Assembly (NCBI GenBank): GCA_963796105.1
Contig: CAWCKJ010000004.1
Span: forward strand, 1,408,001-1,472,000
From: a candidate division FCPU426 bacterium
GTDB taxonomy: Bacteria > Oederibacteriota > Muellerivitia > Muellerivitales > Muellerivitaceae
DNA length: 64,000 nt
Direction: 5' to 3'
Shown here: in pieces, positions 18,660-31,200 of the stretch
Position numbering within the stretch: position 1 is the stretch's first letter
How the letters are laid out: the number at the start of each line of letters is the position of its first letter
Program-made: the position numbers and the translations under genes
The notes under the pieces: generated by a model
Told to the model about the DNA's origin: nothing
Databases searched by the model: none
The model's input: only the letters and a program-made list of their open reading frames with translations

Positions 18660-20453
18660 ATGAGTCCGAAGCTTTCACGAAATTCACCCACCCTCCGCAA
18701 CCTTCTGGTTCAAGAAGGATTCTTGTCCATTCTTAAATATTATGTTGATTTAAATTGTTCAGTTGTCTCATTTACTCCTGGCAGATTTTGGGTTCCCATT
18801 CACCAACATCAAAGAACGGCGACTTTTTTTGATTTGGAAAAAAAATACGGACTAGTTAGAAAACTGGATGAAGTTAATAATCCCTATTTCCGCTCCGCGT
18901 ATCAGGAAAAGCGCACTGTCCTGGGTGAATATCTGGATTTTGGATTTTATGATCTTTTCGTTCCCGTGGTCCGGGAGGATCGTTGCTTGGGCATGGTAAT
19001 CTCCGGAGTTTTTAAAAACCAAGAATGGACCAGACAAAAGCTGGAGGATAGCTGGTTGAAAATAAGCCGCCAGGAAACCACCTCGGATCATCCGGGATTC
19101 TTGGAATTCGTACGGATCGCCCTTGAAACCCCGGTTTTGGAAGGGGATGGTTACTTGGCTTATCGCGAGGCCATGGAAATCTTCTCGCGAATTTTGAGCG
19201 GGGAAAAGCCGCGATCAAAGAAGGACCATCTGAGGGAGCTTAAAGTAAAAGTATTCTCCAAAATATTTCCACATAGTTTTTGGATGGATTGGGCATTGGT
19301 CCGAAAGCCCGTTATGCAACCCTGGGGGATTGAAGTGCAAGAATTGGATTGGGTCAGGGAGGAAATCGGAATTACCCGAATTCCGACAACTGTCATTGCG
19401 GCCATACCCATTAAACCATCCGGAGGAAAAATCGATCCGGTTGCCGAGATGCTGCGGATTCACAGCTTACAACGACTGAGTTTTGATTTCGCCAAGACAC
19501 TGCCTCAAACGGTATGCGGAAAACTTGAGAACTACGGAGTGATTTTTGTTACCTCTGCGGATCCCGCCAAAAATCGCATACAGCGTAAAAACCAAATCGA
19601 GGAGACTGCTCGAAAAATTCACAAGTTTTCCTTGGATACTTTAGGGGGGGCCGCGCTGGTTGGAATTGGGGAAACGGTTTCTCCTGGCGAGCCTTTGAAT
19701 CGTTCCTATCGGCAAGCCGTGTTAGCCCTGCATTTGGGGAGCTATACCGGTAAGGAAGTGGTATTTTTCGATACCGCGCGCGAACCGGAAGCCGAGGGTT
19801 TATCGGAGCTCAGGCGGGTCCTGTTGGAATTAAAAAGGCAGCTGGTTGTCGCCTCATATTCAGACATGGAAATGATATTAGATGGATATTTAAAAATGGT
19901 TCTAACCCTCTCTTTCAGGAGTCCGGATGAGATCAGATGGCATTTACAATATGCGCTCATCCAATTAGTCGAGGCTGTCCGCGACCGCTCCGATTTACAC
20001 GAGCAAGAAGCCAATTGGCTCCACCAAAACCTTGCGCGCACTTTGGAAAAGGCCGTAACCACGCAAGAAATGATTTTGGCTTTTCGGGAATCGTTGTCGA
20101 AGCTTTCTGAAAGATTCGGAAAATTTAAGACGCTTAAGGAGGTTTATTCGATCGAGAAAACAAAGGATTATATTGATGTTCATTTTCGGGAGCCCTTAAG
20201 AGTGTCAAAGTTAGCGAAATTCACGGGCGTTTCCAGATCAACCTTTAGCCGCCGGTTCAAAAGGTTAACCGGGATGGGGTTGGAGACTTACATGCAAAAG
20301 CTTCGTTTGGATGAAGCGAAACGGCTATTGAAGACCAGCGGACTGCCTGTAGCCAGAATCGGGCAATATTGCGGATTTAAATCGGCATCATATTTCATAC
20401 ATTTATTCCAAAATAAAACAGGATTATCTCCCCGAAAATTCCGCCAGAAATAA
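18660..20453 (+). CDS. AraC-family regulator with PocR-like sensory and CdaR-like central domains
   Basis: G.YDLFVPVV sensory-type motif; C-terminal double HTH (FSRRFKRLTG...LRLDEAKRLL...CGF....YF..LF...TG.SP..FR). Confidence 0.85.
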   Translation: MSPKLSRNSPTLRNLLVQEGFLSILKYYVDLNCSVVSFTPGRFWVPIHQHQRTATFFDLEKKYGLVRKLDEVNNPYFRSAYQEKRTVLGEYLDFGFYDLFVPVVREDRCLGMVISGVFKNQEWTRQKLEDSWLKISRQETTSDHPGFLEFVRIALETPVLEGDGYLAYREAMEIFSRILSGEKPRSKKDHLRELKVKVFSKIFPHSFWMDWALVRKPVMQPWGIEVQELDWVREEIGITRIPTTVIAAIPIKPSGGKIDPVAEMLRIHSLQRLSFDFAKTLPQTVCGKLENYGVIFVTSADPAKNRIQRKNQIEETARKIHKFSLDTLGGAALVGIGETVSPGEPLNRSYRQAVLALHLGSYTGKEVVFFDTAREPEAEGLSELRRVLLELKRQLVVASYSDMEMILDGYLKMVLTLSFRSPDEIRWHLQYALIQLVEAVRDRSDLHEQEANWLHQNLARTLEKAVTTQEMILAFRESLSKLSERFGKFKTLKEVYSIEKTKDYIDVHFREPLRVSKLAKFTGVSRSTFSRRFKRLTGMGLETYMQKLRLDEAKRLLKTSGLPVARIGQYCGFKSASYFIHLFQNKTGLSPRKFRQK

Positions 20454-20699
20454 AGTGCGTTAGTTCAACCCGCCTAAGTATTTTCCTTCGTTTTGTGGAA
20501 CAGGACATGCCCTCGCCGATTAAACGAGAAACTTCCCTAAAAAATAAAGGTTCAATGCCGAGTGAAATTAAAAGCAATTATAATGACATAAAAAAGACAG
20601 TTACTTTGATTCGGGTTCGTGTTATTCCCAAGAAAGGGGGGTATATTTACTTTAAATTAATAATAAAAACCCTTTCATGCGGGGCGGTTTAAGCCCTTT

Positions 20700-23600
20700 T
20701 TGCATTGGTTGGAGAGTATCGTGACCGATATTCGCAAAAAAAAATTAAAACGTTTTTTATTTTGCCACACTAGGCGTGTCAATTTTTTTCTAAATGTAAC
20801 CGGTTTTATTCTTTCCGCCTTAATCATTCCTGCCGCATGGCCTTCTCATGTTTGGGCCACAACCTCCACCGTCACAGTCAACGCTTCCAGCGTAAGTGTA
20901 GTTCTTCCCAACACCCTTTTCGGACAAAACTATGCCGTTTATGACGGCTCGGCTACGGTGGGAAATACCGCCTATGTTCAGGCCGTATCGGCCATGGGCG
21001 CCTATCAACTTCGCTATCCAGGCGGAGGCTATGGTGACATGATCAATTGGAACAACGTTACCTGCCAGGCTTCCTATATGCCCACCATCGCCCAAAGCGT
21101 TTCCTTCGCAAGCGCGGCGGGTATTGTCCTTCAACCTATCGTGAATTATGCGGGGTATTGGTGTAGCGCATCAAACGGTCATACAGCTGCTGTAAGCTTG
21201 GCGGCGGCATGGGTGACTTATATGAATAAAAGCCCGGCCGCCATGCCCACCACTTACTGGGAGGTCGGGAATGAGACCTTTGTTAGCGGGGAGGAAGGCT
21301 ACACCTCGGATGACAACGCTGGCGGGACCACATACGGCAATAATTTTGTGGATTTTTACAACTCGATGAAGGCAGTGGATCCTAACATCAAAATCGGCGC
21401 GCAATGCCAATTCGACCATGCGGCCTTTTCGCAAGGGGCCGTCACGGCTATCAAGGCCAAGGGTGTCACTATGGACTTTATCATTTCGCACTCCTACCCG
21501 ATTTATAACGCCACAGACTCGACCGCAGAGGACACTACACTCTTGACCACCGACGTCACTGCGGCTACCACCCAAACCACCGCTTTGAATAACATTCTCT
21601 CAGCCGCGGGTTATCCTACCACCATCCCAAAGTGGATGACCGAGTATCGTTCCAGTGTGCCCGAAAACAAGGCTGTCGAATGGGTGGACTCCATGTGGGT
21701 GGCTCAATACCTTTTGGAACTCGGCAGAAACGGCTGGCAAGGCGCAAACGTTTGGGACATCAAAAACGGTTTCAACACCTCCTATACGTCCGATTATGGT
21801 CTCTTGCGTTCTGGAAGCGGGAATTCCGACGATGCCGCCAACCAGGTCAATACCCCGCGCCCGACCTGGTATGTTTATCCATTTCTTTCCAGGGTATTTG
21901 GCCGGAATTTAGTGAACAGTAGTTCAAGCTCGGCCAGCTTGGGTTGCTGGTCCTCAACGGATTCGTCAGGAAATTTAACCGTTTTTATGGTCAACAATGA
22001 TTTCTCCAACGCTTGCACCGTGACGGTTTCTGTCACCGGCTACACGCCCGGTACCGCTGGTTCCATTTGGACCCTTCAACCTGGTGGGACCACGAAATCC
22101 GGCGGAACTACCCCTGTTGAACAGCTGCGTGGCGTGACCATTAACGGGACATTTAATCCCGCGGTCTCCGCCATCCCCGGCACCGGAAATTCCATCACAA
22201 CCGGATCTAGTTTCCCTGTTACGGTTCCGATCGCATCCATGGTTCTGGTGAAAGTCCCTTCCGGCGGATCGCCTGTGCCAACCAATACTTTAACCAGGAC
22301 CTACACGCCGACCATAACACCCACTTTGACAAGGACTCCAACCGCCACCCCAACCCAATGTATCGTCGTGTTCAATGGTTGCAACACCGCTACTGACAAC
22401 GGAACCTGGAGCGGGACTGTCGGCACCCGAACTTTCATCACTTCCGGCTATCCAACAGGGGCCTTGACCGAGGGAACCGGGCTCATGAAAGTGGCTGTGG
22501 GCGCTACGACCCTTACCTGGGATAACGCACTTTTTAACCTTGCTGGTTTTACGCCGTCCTCATTCACTGGGTTTGTCCAATTGACCCTGGACCTCAACAT
22601 TGACGCTGGAATCACTAACCTCTGGGGAAGTTATCATACGATGCAGTTAGTCGCCGATTCCTCGACCAATAACCTTTATTCAGTAAGCATATCCTCCACT
22701 CAACCCAATCTTGTGGCCGGACAACAAACGCTGGTATTTAATTTGGATTATCCGGCGAGTATTACCTCCGCCATGCCCTTATCTACACTTTATTTTGTAT
22801 TAAATACCGGAAGCGCGGTTACGGGCATTAATATGTATGTGGATAACATTCGGTTATTGTCCTCTTGCGGTGTGCCGACAGCGACAGCAACCCCCACTCA
22901 AACCAACACGCCCACCCGAACGTCAACACCTACGGTGACCCCTACGCTAACCAACACTAGGACGAACACGGCCACGAATACCGCTACCGCGACTCCCACT
23001 CCGTCCCCAACCAGCACCCGCACCAATACACCCACGAATACGGCGACCAGTACCCAGACGAACACATTCACCAGCACCCCGACCTTGACCGCGACGAGGA
23101 CGAATACATCCACCAATACCGCCACCAATACGGCAACAGCCACCCTTACTCCGACCAGGACGAATACCGCCACCAATACCGCTACGGCTACCCTAACAAA
23201 CACATCTACCAACACCTCCACTAACAGCCCTACGCTCACAGCCACCGCGACGAGGACGAATACATCCACCAGTACGGCCACCAATACGGCTACAGCCACC
23301 CTTACTCCGACCAGGACGAATACCGCCACCAACACCGCCACGGCTACCCTAACAAACACATCTACCAACACCACCACAAACAGCCCTACACTCACGGCCA
23401 CCGCGACGCGGACGAATACTTCCACCAGCACGGCCACCAATACGGCGACTCTTACCACCACTCCAACCAGGACCAATACACCGACTAATACGGTGACCTC
23501 CACACCCACGAATACTCTGACCAATACCGCCACCAATACGGCGACATTAACTCCTACTCCGACCAGGACTAATACCGCGACCAATACGGTTACGGCCACT

Positions 23601-26279
23601 TTGACGAACACCTCTACCAGCACATCCACCAATACGCCGACGCCCACCCCAACCCCAACCAGGACAAACACTTCTACCAATACAGCCACAGCCACGATGA
23701 CGAATACATCTACCAATACCGCCACAAACACCCTGACGCTTACCCCGACTGCGACCCGAACGAACACGCCGACTAATACTTTGACATCCACATTTACAAG
23801 CACCCCGACTAACACCGCCACCAATACTCCGACAAGCACTTCGACTCCGACGAGGACCAATACGCCGACTAATACGTCCACAAACACCCCGACTCCAACA
23901 CCCAGCAATACCCCCACGAACACATCCACCAACACGAGGACGAATACCCCCACCAATACCTTGACTTCGACGAACACGAATACGCCGACAGTGACGCCTA
24001 CCGCCACCTATACCAGCACGGGGACCACGTCCCCCACGAATACGCCCACTATCACGCCGACCAGGACCAATACACCCACCCCGACGAATACCTCGACTTT
24101 CACTCCGACCCCAACCGTGACGAACACGTCCACCAATACTCCGACAGCCACGCCGACCAGAACCCCAACGCCCACATCCACCAACACCGCGACCCCGACG
24201 AATACTTCAACGAATACGCCTACTTCAACATCGACTAATACTTTTACAAACACAGCCACCAACACGAGGACCAACACACCCACTAATACCTCGACTCCAA
24301 CGAACACGAATACGCCGACAGTGACGCCTACCGCGACCAATACCAACACGGGGACCACGTCCCCCACGAATACGCCCACTATCACGCCTACCAGGACCAA
24401 TACATCCACCCCGACGAATACCTCGACTTCCACTGCGACACCAACCGTGACGAACACGTCCACCAATACGCCGACCAGAACATCCACGCCGACATCCACG
24501 AATACTTCGGCTTCCACGGCTACTGCGACTCCGACCAGCACCTTTACGAGTACGGCCACCAATACCAGGACCAACACACCCACTAATACCTCGACTCCAA
24601 CAAACACGAATACGCCGACGGTGACGCCTACCGCCACCAGTACCAACACAGGGACACAATCACCCACCAACACGCCGACAGTCACACCCACCTATACGAG
24701 CACACCAACACGCACTTCGACGCCCACGCCGACGAATACCTCAACATTCACCCCGACGCCGACAGCGACCAACACAACCACCAACACGCCGACTCGAACC
24801 CCAACGTTTACCCCCACCAACACCCTCACCGCGACCAATACGGCGACTTTCACGCTGACGAATACACCCACTCCAACGCAGACAAATACATTCACGAGTA
24901 CAGCCACCAACACCAAGACGAACACGCCCACCAATACAGCCACAACGACGAACACGAATACGCCGACAGTGACGCCTACCGCCACCAATACCAACACAGG
25001 GACACAATCACCTACCAACACGCCGACAGTCACACCCACCTATACGAACACTCCAACACGCACTTCGACGCCCACGCCGACGAATACCTCGACAGCTACG
25101 CCGACTCCAACGTCGACCAATACACCCACCAACACGCCAACCGACACGGCAACTAAGACTCCTACTCCTACGGCTACCAACACCGCTACCCCGACGCGCA
25201 CTTCCACAAATACGATGACCTCGACGCCCACCAATACATTCACGAGTACAGCCACCAGCACCAAGACGAACACGCCCACCAATACCGCGACCCCGACGAA
25301 CACGAATACGCCGACGGTGACGCCTACCGCCACCAATACCAACACAGGGACACAATCACCTACCAACACGCCGACAGTCACATCCACCTATACGAACACT
25401 CCAACACGCACCTCATCTCCCACTGCGACGAATACCTCAACAGCTACACCGACTCCGACTGCCACCAACACCTCCACGAACACTCCGACTTTCACTTTCA
25501 CGAATACGCCTTCTTCCACGCCTACGGCGACATTTACATCAACGTCTACCCCAACTTATACCTGGACGAATACACCGACGAACACGTTGACTCCGACTGT
25601 GAGCTTCACGCCAACGAATACGAATACCGGAACTCAATCGCCCACCCACACACCGACGGTGACGTTAACCTACACCCATACACCGACTAACACGCTCACC
25701 CCGACGATGACGAATACGCCGACGCCCACCAACACCTTTACAAACACATCCACCCCTACCTTTACCAGCACCAAGACCAATACACCCACGAATACAGCCA
25801 CCCTCACGCCAACCTCCAGCTTCACCCCTACGTCGACGAGGACATGGACCAATACCCCGACAGCAACAGCCACCGGGACCCCCACGGCTACCTACACGGC
25901 AACGTTCACTCTCACTAAGACGCCGTCCCCCACGCCGACTTTCACCGCCTCATACACTCCGACGGCTACTTTGACGGGAACTCCGACACCGGTTGGCAAA
26001 AATAGCGTGGTCATCTATCCAAATCCGGTTAACGGAACGGAACCAGTGACGATCCAGATCACCCTGAAGCAAAGTGAGCCGTTGGTTCGAATCGAGATAT
26101 TTACAGTGTCCTTCAGGAAGGTGAACGAGATTGACAGGACCCAAGTGCCTGTGGGGGTGACGGAAGTCCCACTCCCCCTGATGGACAAGGCGGGGAAGCC
26201 CCTTTCCAACGGAATCTACTACGTGGTGGTTCAGACACCCCAGGGACGCCTCGTCGCTAAATTGCTTGTTTTGAGATGA
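20700..26279 (+). CDS. Giant secreted clan-A glycoside hydrolase (GH44/GH51/GH79-like), CBM-like domain, Thr-rich stalk and T9SS-like CTD
   Basis: LRYPGG, YWEVGNE, WMTEY; ~1040-aa T-x repeat; VIYPNP...FRKV...SNGIYYV; start may be GTG 20721. Confidence 0.8.
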   Translation: MHWLESIVTDIRKKKLKRFLFCHTRRVNFFLNVTGFILSALIIPAAWPSHVWATTSTVTVNASSVSVVLPNTLFGQNYAVYDGSATVGNTAYVQAVSAMGAYQLRYPGGGYGDMINWNNVTCQASYMPTIAQSVSFASAAGIVLQPIVNYAGYWCSASNGHTAAVSLAAAWVTYMNKSPAAMPTTYWEVGNETFVSGEEGYTSDDNAGGTTYGNNFVDFYNSMKAVDPNIKIGAQCQFDHAAFSQGAVTAIKAKGVTMDFIISHSYPIYNATDSTAEDTTLLTTDVTAATTQTTALNNILSAAGYPTTIPKWMTEYRSSVPENKAVEWVDSMWVAQYLLELGRNGWQGANVWDIKNGFNTSYTSDYGLLRSGSGNSDDAANQVNTPRPTWYVYPFLSRVFGRNLVNSSSSSASLGCWSSTDSSGNLTVFMVNNDFSNACTVTVSVTGYTPGTAGSIWTLQPGGTTKSGGTTPVEQLRGVTINGTFNPAVSAIPGTGNSITTGSSFPVTVPIASMVLVKVPSGGSPVPTNTLTRTYTPTITPTLTRTPTATPTQCIVVFNGCNTATDNGTWSGTVGTRTFITSGYPTGALTEGTGLMKVAVGATTLTWDNALFNLAGFTPSSFTGFVQLTLDLNIDAGITNLWGSYHTMQLVADSSTNNLYSVSISSTQPNLVAGQQTLVFNLDYPASITSAMPLSTLYFVLNTGSAVTGINMYVDNIRLLSSCGVPTATATPTQTNTPTRTSTPTVTPTLTNTRTNTATNTATATPTPSPTSTRTNTPTNTATSTQTNTFTSTPTLTATRTNTSTNTATNTATATLTPTRTNTATNTATATLTNTSTNTSTNSPTLTATATRTNTSTSTATNTATATLTPTRTNTATNTATATLTNTSTNTTTNSPTLTATATRTNTSTSTATNTATLTTTPTRTNTPTNTVTSTPTNTLTNTATNTATLTPTPTRTNTATNTVTATLTNTSTSTSTNTPTPTPTPTRTNTSTNTATATMTNTSTNTATNTLTLTPTATRTNTPTNTLTSTFTSTPTNTATNTPTSTSTPTRTNTPTNTSTNTPTPTPSNTPTNTSTNTRTNTPTNTLTSTNTNTPTVTPTATYTSTGTTSPTNTPTITPTRTNTPTPTNTSTFTPTPTVTNTSTNTPTATPTRTPTPTSTNTATPTNTSTNTPTSTSTNTFTNTATNTRTNTPTNTSTPTNTNTPTVTPTATNTNTGTTSPTNTPTITPTRTNTSTPTNTSTSTATPTVTNTSTNTPTRTSTPTSTNTSASTATATPTSTFTSTATNTRTNTPTNTSTPTNTNTPTVTPTATSTNTGTQSPTNTPTVTPTYTSTPTRTSTPTPTNTSTFTPTPTATNTTTNTPTRTPTFTPTNTLTATNTATFTLTNTPTPTQTNTFTSTATNTKTNTPTNTATTTNTNTPTVTPTATNTNTGTQSPTNTPTVTPTYTNTPTRTSTPTPTNTSTATPTPTSTNTPTNTPTDTATKTPTPTATNTATPTRTSTNTMTSTPTNTFTSTATSTKTNTPTNTATPTNTNTPTVTPTATNTNTGTQSPTNTPTVTSTYTNTPTRTSSPTATNTSTATPTPTATNTSTNTPTFTFTNTPSSTPTATFTSTSTPTYTWTNTPTNTLTPTVSFTPTNTNTGTQSPTHTPTVTLTYTHTPTNTLTPTMTNTPTPTNTFTNTSTPTFTSTKTNTPTNTATLTPTSSFTPTSTRTWTNTPTATATGTPTATYTATFTLTKTPSPTPTFTASYTPTATLTGTPTPVGKNSVVIYPNPVNGTEPVTIQITLKQSEPLVRIEIFTVSFRKVNEIDRTQVPVGVTEVPLPLMDKAGKPLSNGIYYVVVQTPQGRLVAKLLVLR
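22873..25990 (+). repeat. Coding (Thr-X)n repeat region with ~348-bp higher-order units
   Basis: Recurrent [17 protein letters not shown](Q/T)SPTNTPT block; anchors 348 bp apart near 24692/25040/25388. Confidence 0.9.
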
Positions 26280-26317
26280 CCTTATGTTTGGGGCTTTTGT
26301 GGGAGTAAAATACTTCC

Positions 26318-28120
26318 ATGGAATCTCCAGCCGCCAAAGCTTTTTCCCTTTTTAAAAACTACAGTCCCCTCCATAACATCATTCACTATTATGTGGATTT
26401 GAGCTGTTTTTTGGTTTCCAATTCGAAACCCTTGAATTGGTGGGCCTTGAATCGGCGTAAAAGAATCACAAGCTTTTATTCCCTTGAGGTCAAATATAGA
26501 AGCCTAGAAGATCGGGATCGGTTCACGGCTGATTGTTTCAGGCAGGCTCAATCGCAAAAACGAACCTTTTGCGGTGAACGTTTAGGTTTTATGGACTTTT
26601 TTGTGCCTATTTTAAAAGACGGAAGAGTTGTCGGTTTCTTGCAAGCGGGTTCTTTTGTCAGGGATGAAATCAACGCCGAAGTCATCAATAATTGTTGGAA
26701 GAAATTGACGGGGCTGGAAGCATCCGTCGCTTTGCCTGAGTACCGTGAATTTGTGAAAGTGCTATTAGAAGTGCCTGTCTTGGACGGGCCCCTGTTCACG
26801 GCGTTCCAAGAGGCTCTTGAAATGTTCGCGCGGCTTTTATCCGATGACAAAGAGGCGGATTCCATCGGAGAAAAGCTCCAACAGCTTTTATTGTCGGTTT
26901 TTTCAAAAAATCTCCCGCATAGTTATTGGATGGATTGGGCATTAGGGAGGCCTACCGCTGAATCCGTTCCCCCTTGGGATCACCGGGTCGTGAAATGGGA
27001 TTGGATTAGAAATGAGATTGGAATAACAAGAATTCCGACCACCGTTTTAACCGTTATCCCCCAGCGCCCAGGAGGGCATCCGCTGGGTTGGACTGAGGAA
27101 ATGCTCCTAATATACCGTTTCCAACGCCGGAGCTTTCGCTTCGCTCAAACTTTGCCACAAACGGTTGGCGGGAAATTGGATGATTATGGGGCGGTTTTTG
27201 TGACCTCGGTCGGTCCCCAACATTCCCGGTTAGCGCAAAAGGAGCAGGTGAGAAACATCGCGTTAAAAATCAGGGATTTCGCCCTGAAGGAATTAGAGGG
27301 GCCGGTCCTTATAGGAATCGGCGATTCTGTTCTTCCAGGAGAACATTTGGATTTATCCTACCGTCAGGCGGTATTAGCGCTTCATTTAGCAAGAAGAGAG
27401 GACAAAACAATTTTATTTTTTGAGGGTGGAAAAAAAGACACTTCAGTTGTAGGTTTTCCCGAATTAAGAGGTATTTTAATGGAATTGAACGATGCTTTTG
27501 CTAGAGGTCCTTTTTCGGATTTGGAGGTATTAAAAGATCGTTTTCTAAAACAAGTGATCAATATTTCCTTCCGGAATCCCTACGAAATAAGGTGGCATTT
27601 CCAATATGCCTTGGATCGTTTGGCCGAAACATTACAACACCGGATGGAATTCAGAAAAAAGGAAGCGGATTTGTTTTGGGAAAACCTAAATAAAACTTTG
27701 GAAGATTCCGCGACCATCCAGGAGATGATACTGGCTTTTCAGGAGATCCTCTCCAAGTTAGAACGGCAAATTGACAAGACATCAACCATTCAAACGGAAT
27801 TTTCAATAGAGAAAGTCCGGGACTTTCTGGCGCATCATCTTAAGGAACCCTTAAGGATTTCACGCGCGGCGGAAATGGCGGGCGTTTCCATTTCCACTTT
27901 TGGCCGCCGATTTAAAAGATTAACCGGCTTGGGTTTCGAGGCCTATCTGCAAAAATTGCGTCTTGACGAGGCTAGGCGACTTCTCAAGACGACTCGTCTT
28001 CCGATTGTGAGAATAGGGAAAGATTGTGGGTTTAAATCCAACCCCTATTTCTTTCAACTGTTTCGCAGGAAAAACGGCTGTCCACCACTCGCTTACCGCA
28101 GAAAAATGAAGAATATTTGA
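26318..28120 (+). CDS. AraC-family regulator, paralog of 18660-20453
   Basis: Shared YYVDL, PHS.WMDWAL, EIGITRIPTTV, TLPQTV.GKL..YG, SYRQAVLALHL motifs. Confidence 0.87.
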   Translation: MESPAAKAFSLFKNYSPLHNIIHYYVDLSCFLVSNSKPLNWWALNRRKRITSFYSLEVKYRSLEDRDRFTADCFRQAQSQKRTFCGERLGFMDFFVPILKDGRVVGFLQAGSFVRDEINAEVINNCWKKLTGLEASVALPEYREFVKVLLEVPVLDGPLFTAFQEALEMFARLLSDDKEADSIGEKLQQLLLSVFSKNLPHSYWMDWALGRPTAESVPPWDHRVVKWDWIRNEIGITRIPTTVLTVIPQRPGGHPLGWTEEMLLIYRFQRRSFRFAQTLPQTVGGKLDDYGAVFVTSVGPQHSRLAQKEQVRNIALKIRDFALKELEGPVLIGIGDSVLPGEHLDLSYRQAVLALHLARREDKTILFFEGGKKDTSVVGFPELRGILMELNDAFARGPFSDLEVLKDRFLKQVINISFRNPYEIRWHFQYALDRLAETLQHRMEFRKKEADLFWENLNKTLEDSATIQEMILAFQEILSKLERQIDKTSTIQTEFSIEKVRDFLAHHLKEPLRISRAAEMAGVSISTFGRRFKRLTGLGFEAYLQKLRLDEARRLLKTTRLPIVRIGKDCGFKSNPYFFQLFRRKNGCPPLAYRRKMKNI

Positions 28121-28285
28121 GTGAAACGGCTTGTTTATAAAGAAATATCTATGAAGATAAAAAATAATCCAAATGACGTTAAAACGATATAATGCTATTT
28201 TCTCTTGAGCCCAGAGAAACTGAAAACGAGGTAAAATTAACTTGGGTTTTGAAGAACCGTCTAACAATTTAATAGCTTTGACTGG

Positions 28286-31200
28286 ATGAGAGGAAGTTCC
28301 GTGAACCGGAAATTGATCTTATTTTTAACGGTTGGTTTGTTTGGAAGCGCTTCCGCTACATTAGCTGGTACTTGCACAGTGGATACCACGGCCACAAACC
28401 AGTTCATCAGGGGTTTTGGCGCTTCCAGCGCTTGGCATACCAGCGCCTACACTACGGCCCAGGCAACCATATTTTGGGATGACGCCGCCATGAACGGCAA
28501 CAGTCCGGCGGGAATCGGGCTTTCCATGCTTCGTTGTCGCATTCCTCCGGACGGGTCAACCGGTGAAATAGCTGTGATGACGCAGGCTAAGGGCCTGGGT
28601 TGCACCCAAATATGGGCCACCGAGTGGTCCGCTCCCGCCTCGATGAAAGACAACGATAACGTTAATAACGGCGGAGCGCTTCTTACCGGCAGTTACGCCG
28701 CATATGCCCAGTACCTCCTCAATTACGCCAAGACGTGTGAAAGTAACGGCATCACCTTGATGTGCATTTCCCCCCAAAACGAGCCGGATATGAATGTGAG
28801 TTATGAGTCCGGTACTTGGACGGGCCAGCAATTCCACGATTTTGTCTCGCAGAGCATGGGGCCGACATTCGCGGGCAACGCGACCAAAATTATGATTACG
28901 GAAACTTCCAAGAACGCTCTTTTAACCGCTGGCTGCGGCGTGACAGGAGACGCCACATGCTCGTTGAGCGATGCCGCCGCGGCCACATACATTTCTTACA
29001 TTGGCACCCATCTTTATGGGTCGGGCCCGATGTCCTTCACCCAACTCCAACAGAATCCCCCTTCGGGTTGGACGAGAGAATATTGGGAAACTGAAATGAT
29101 GGATTACAATAGCGGCGCGGCTTCCGACGACACGATGACGGATGGTTTGGCAACAGCAAGTTTGATCCACAAATCTATGGCGGACTCGGGCATGAACGCC
29201 TACCATTTTTGGTGGTTAGTTTGCGAAAACAGCAATACAAACCAGGGTCTCATTGATTATGACGGAGCAACCGTTCCTAAACGAACCTGGTGCATGGGAA
29301 ATTGGAGCAGATTTGTCCGTCCCGGATATTATCGAATGGGCGCCACTGAGGTGCCCTCCACCGGGGTGTCGGTATCCGCCTATAAAAACAACTCAAGCAC
29401 ATCACCGGCGACTGTTGTCATTGTCGCGATCAATGGCAGTACCGCGGCGGTTGCGCAAACTTTTACATTTAATGGTGTGACTGTCACTTCGGTCACGCCG
29501 TGGTTAACCGACTCCAGCAATAACCTAATCCAACAGACTGCGGTGCCAGTTTCGGGGAACAGCTTTTCCTTCTCTTTGCCGGCATCTTGCGTATGCTCTT
29601 TCGTCGGCGCTACTTCCTCCAGCGGATCTCCTGTCCCCACCAATACCATGACGCGCACCTTCACGATCACCCCGACCTTCACCCCCACGGCCACGACGGT
29701 GCCGCCCAAAATCACCCTGACCAAGACCACAGGCGGTCCCACTTCTAATTATTCGGACAATGGGCCTATTACAATGTTCCTGAATGTTTGCAATGGATCA
29801 GGGTCGGTCACGGCTAATTCGGTCACGGTGACTGACAGTATTACGAATCCCCTTGGATGGTCTTTCGAGGGACCTGGTTACAGTCAATGGACCGTGACAG
29901 AGTCTGGAGCGGCTGTGACAATCAATCCCACCAGCACGGCCTACCCCAACCTGACATGGGTGGTGAGCAACCTGCCGGGAGGGGCCTGCGTGCCGGTCAC
30001 CTTCATCGTGGGGTCCTACAGCGTCAATTCGGCCGATTACTGTAACGTGGTCACTGACGTCGGGATTGCCAGCTGGTCGGGCGGGGGGCCCGTGACCAGC
30101 AACAGTATCGCCATTTCGGTTGTGTGTACCACAGGGAGCACCGCCACCAACACGCCCACCAGGACCTCCACTCCCACCGTTACTAGGACGAACACGGCCA
30201 CGAACACCGCGACCCAAACGCCGACTGTAACCCCGACCAGGACAAACACGGCCACGAATACCGCCACCGCGACGCCCACGATCACCTCCACCAGCACCCG
30301 CACCAATACACCCACGAATACGGCGACCAACACCCTGACGAACACATTCACCGGCACCCCGACCATGACCGCGACGCGGACGAACACATCCACCAATACC
30401 GCTACCAATACGGCGACAGCCACTCTTACTCCGACCAGGACGAATACCGCGACCAATACGGTCACGGCTACTTTGACGAATACTTCTACCAACACCTCCA
30501 CTAACAGTCCGACTTTTACGGTTACCGCGACCCGGACGAATACTTCCACCAGCACCGCCACGAATACAGCGACTCTTACTTCTACCTCAACTAGGACAAA
30601 CACATCTACGAATACAACGACATCCACATCCACGAATACCCCGACGAATACCGCCACAAATACGCCAACACCCACTTTGACTCCGACCAGGACGAACACT
30701 TCCACTAACACAGCCACCAATACGGCGACCCTTACCTCTACTCCAACCAGGACAAACACATCTACGAATACAACGACAGCCACACCCACAAATACCCAAA
30801 CGAATACCGCGACGAATACGGCAACCTTTACTTCGACTGCCACTCGGACGAATACCGCGACCAATACTGCCACGGCTACCATGACGAACACTTCCACCAA
30901 CACAATCACCAGTACGGCGACACCCACTCTAACTTCGACCAGGACCAATACACCGACAAATACTTCCACAAGCACCCCGACTTCAACGCCCAGCAATACC
31001 TCAACGAACTCACCCACCTATACGAACACTCCAACGCGCACTTTGACTCCCACCCCGACGACCACAAATACGGCGACACCTACTTTGACTCCGACGAGGA
31101 CCAATACGCCTACCAATACGGCTACTCTGACGAACACCTCCAGCAATACCCCTACGAATACAGCCACCAATACCAGGACCAACACACCCACCAATACAGC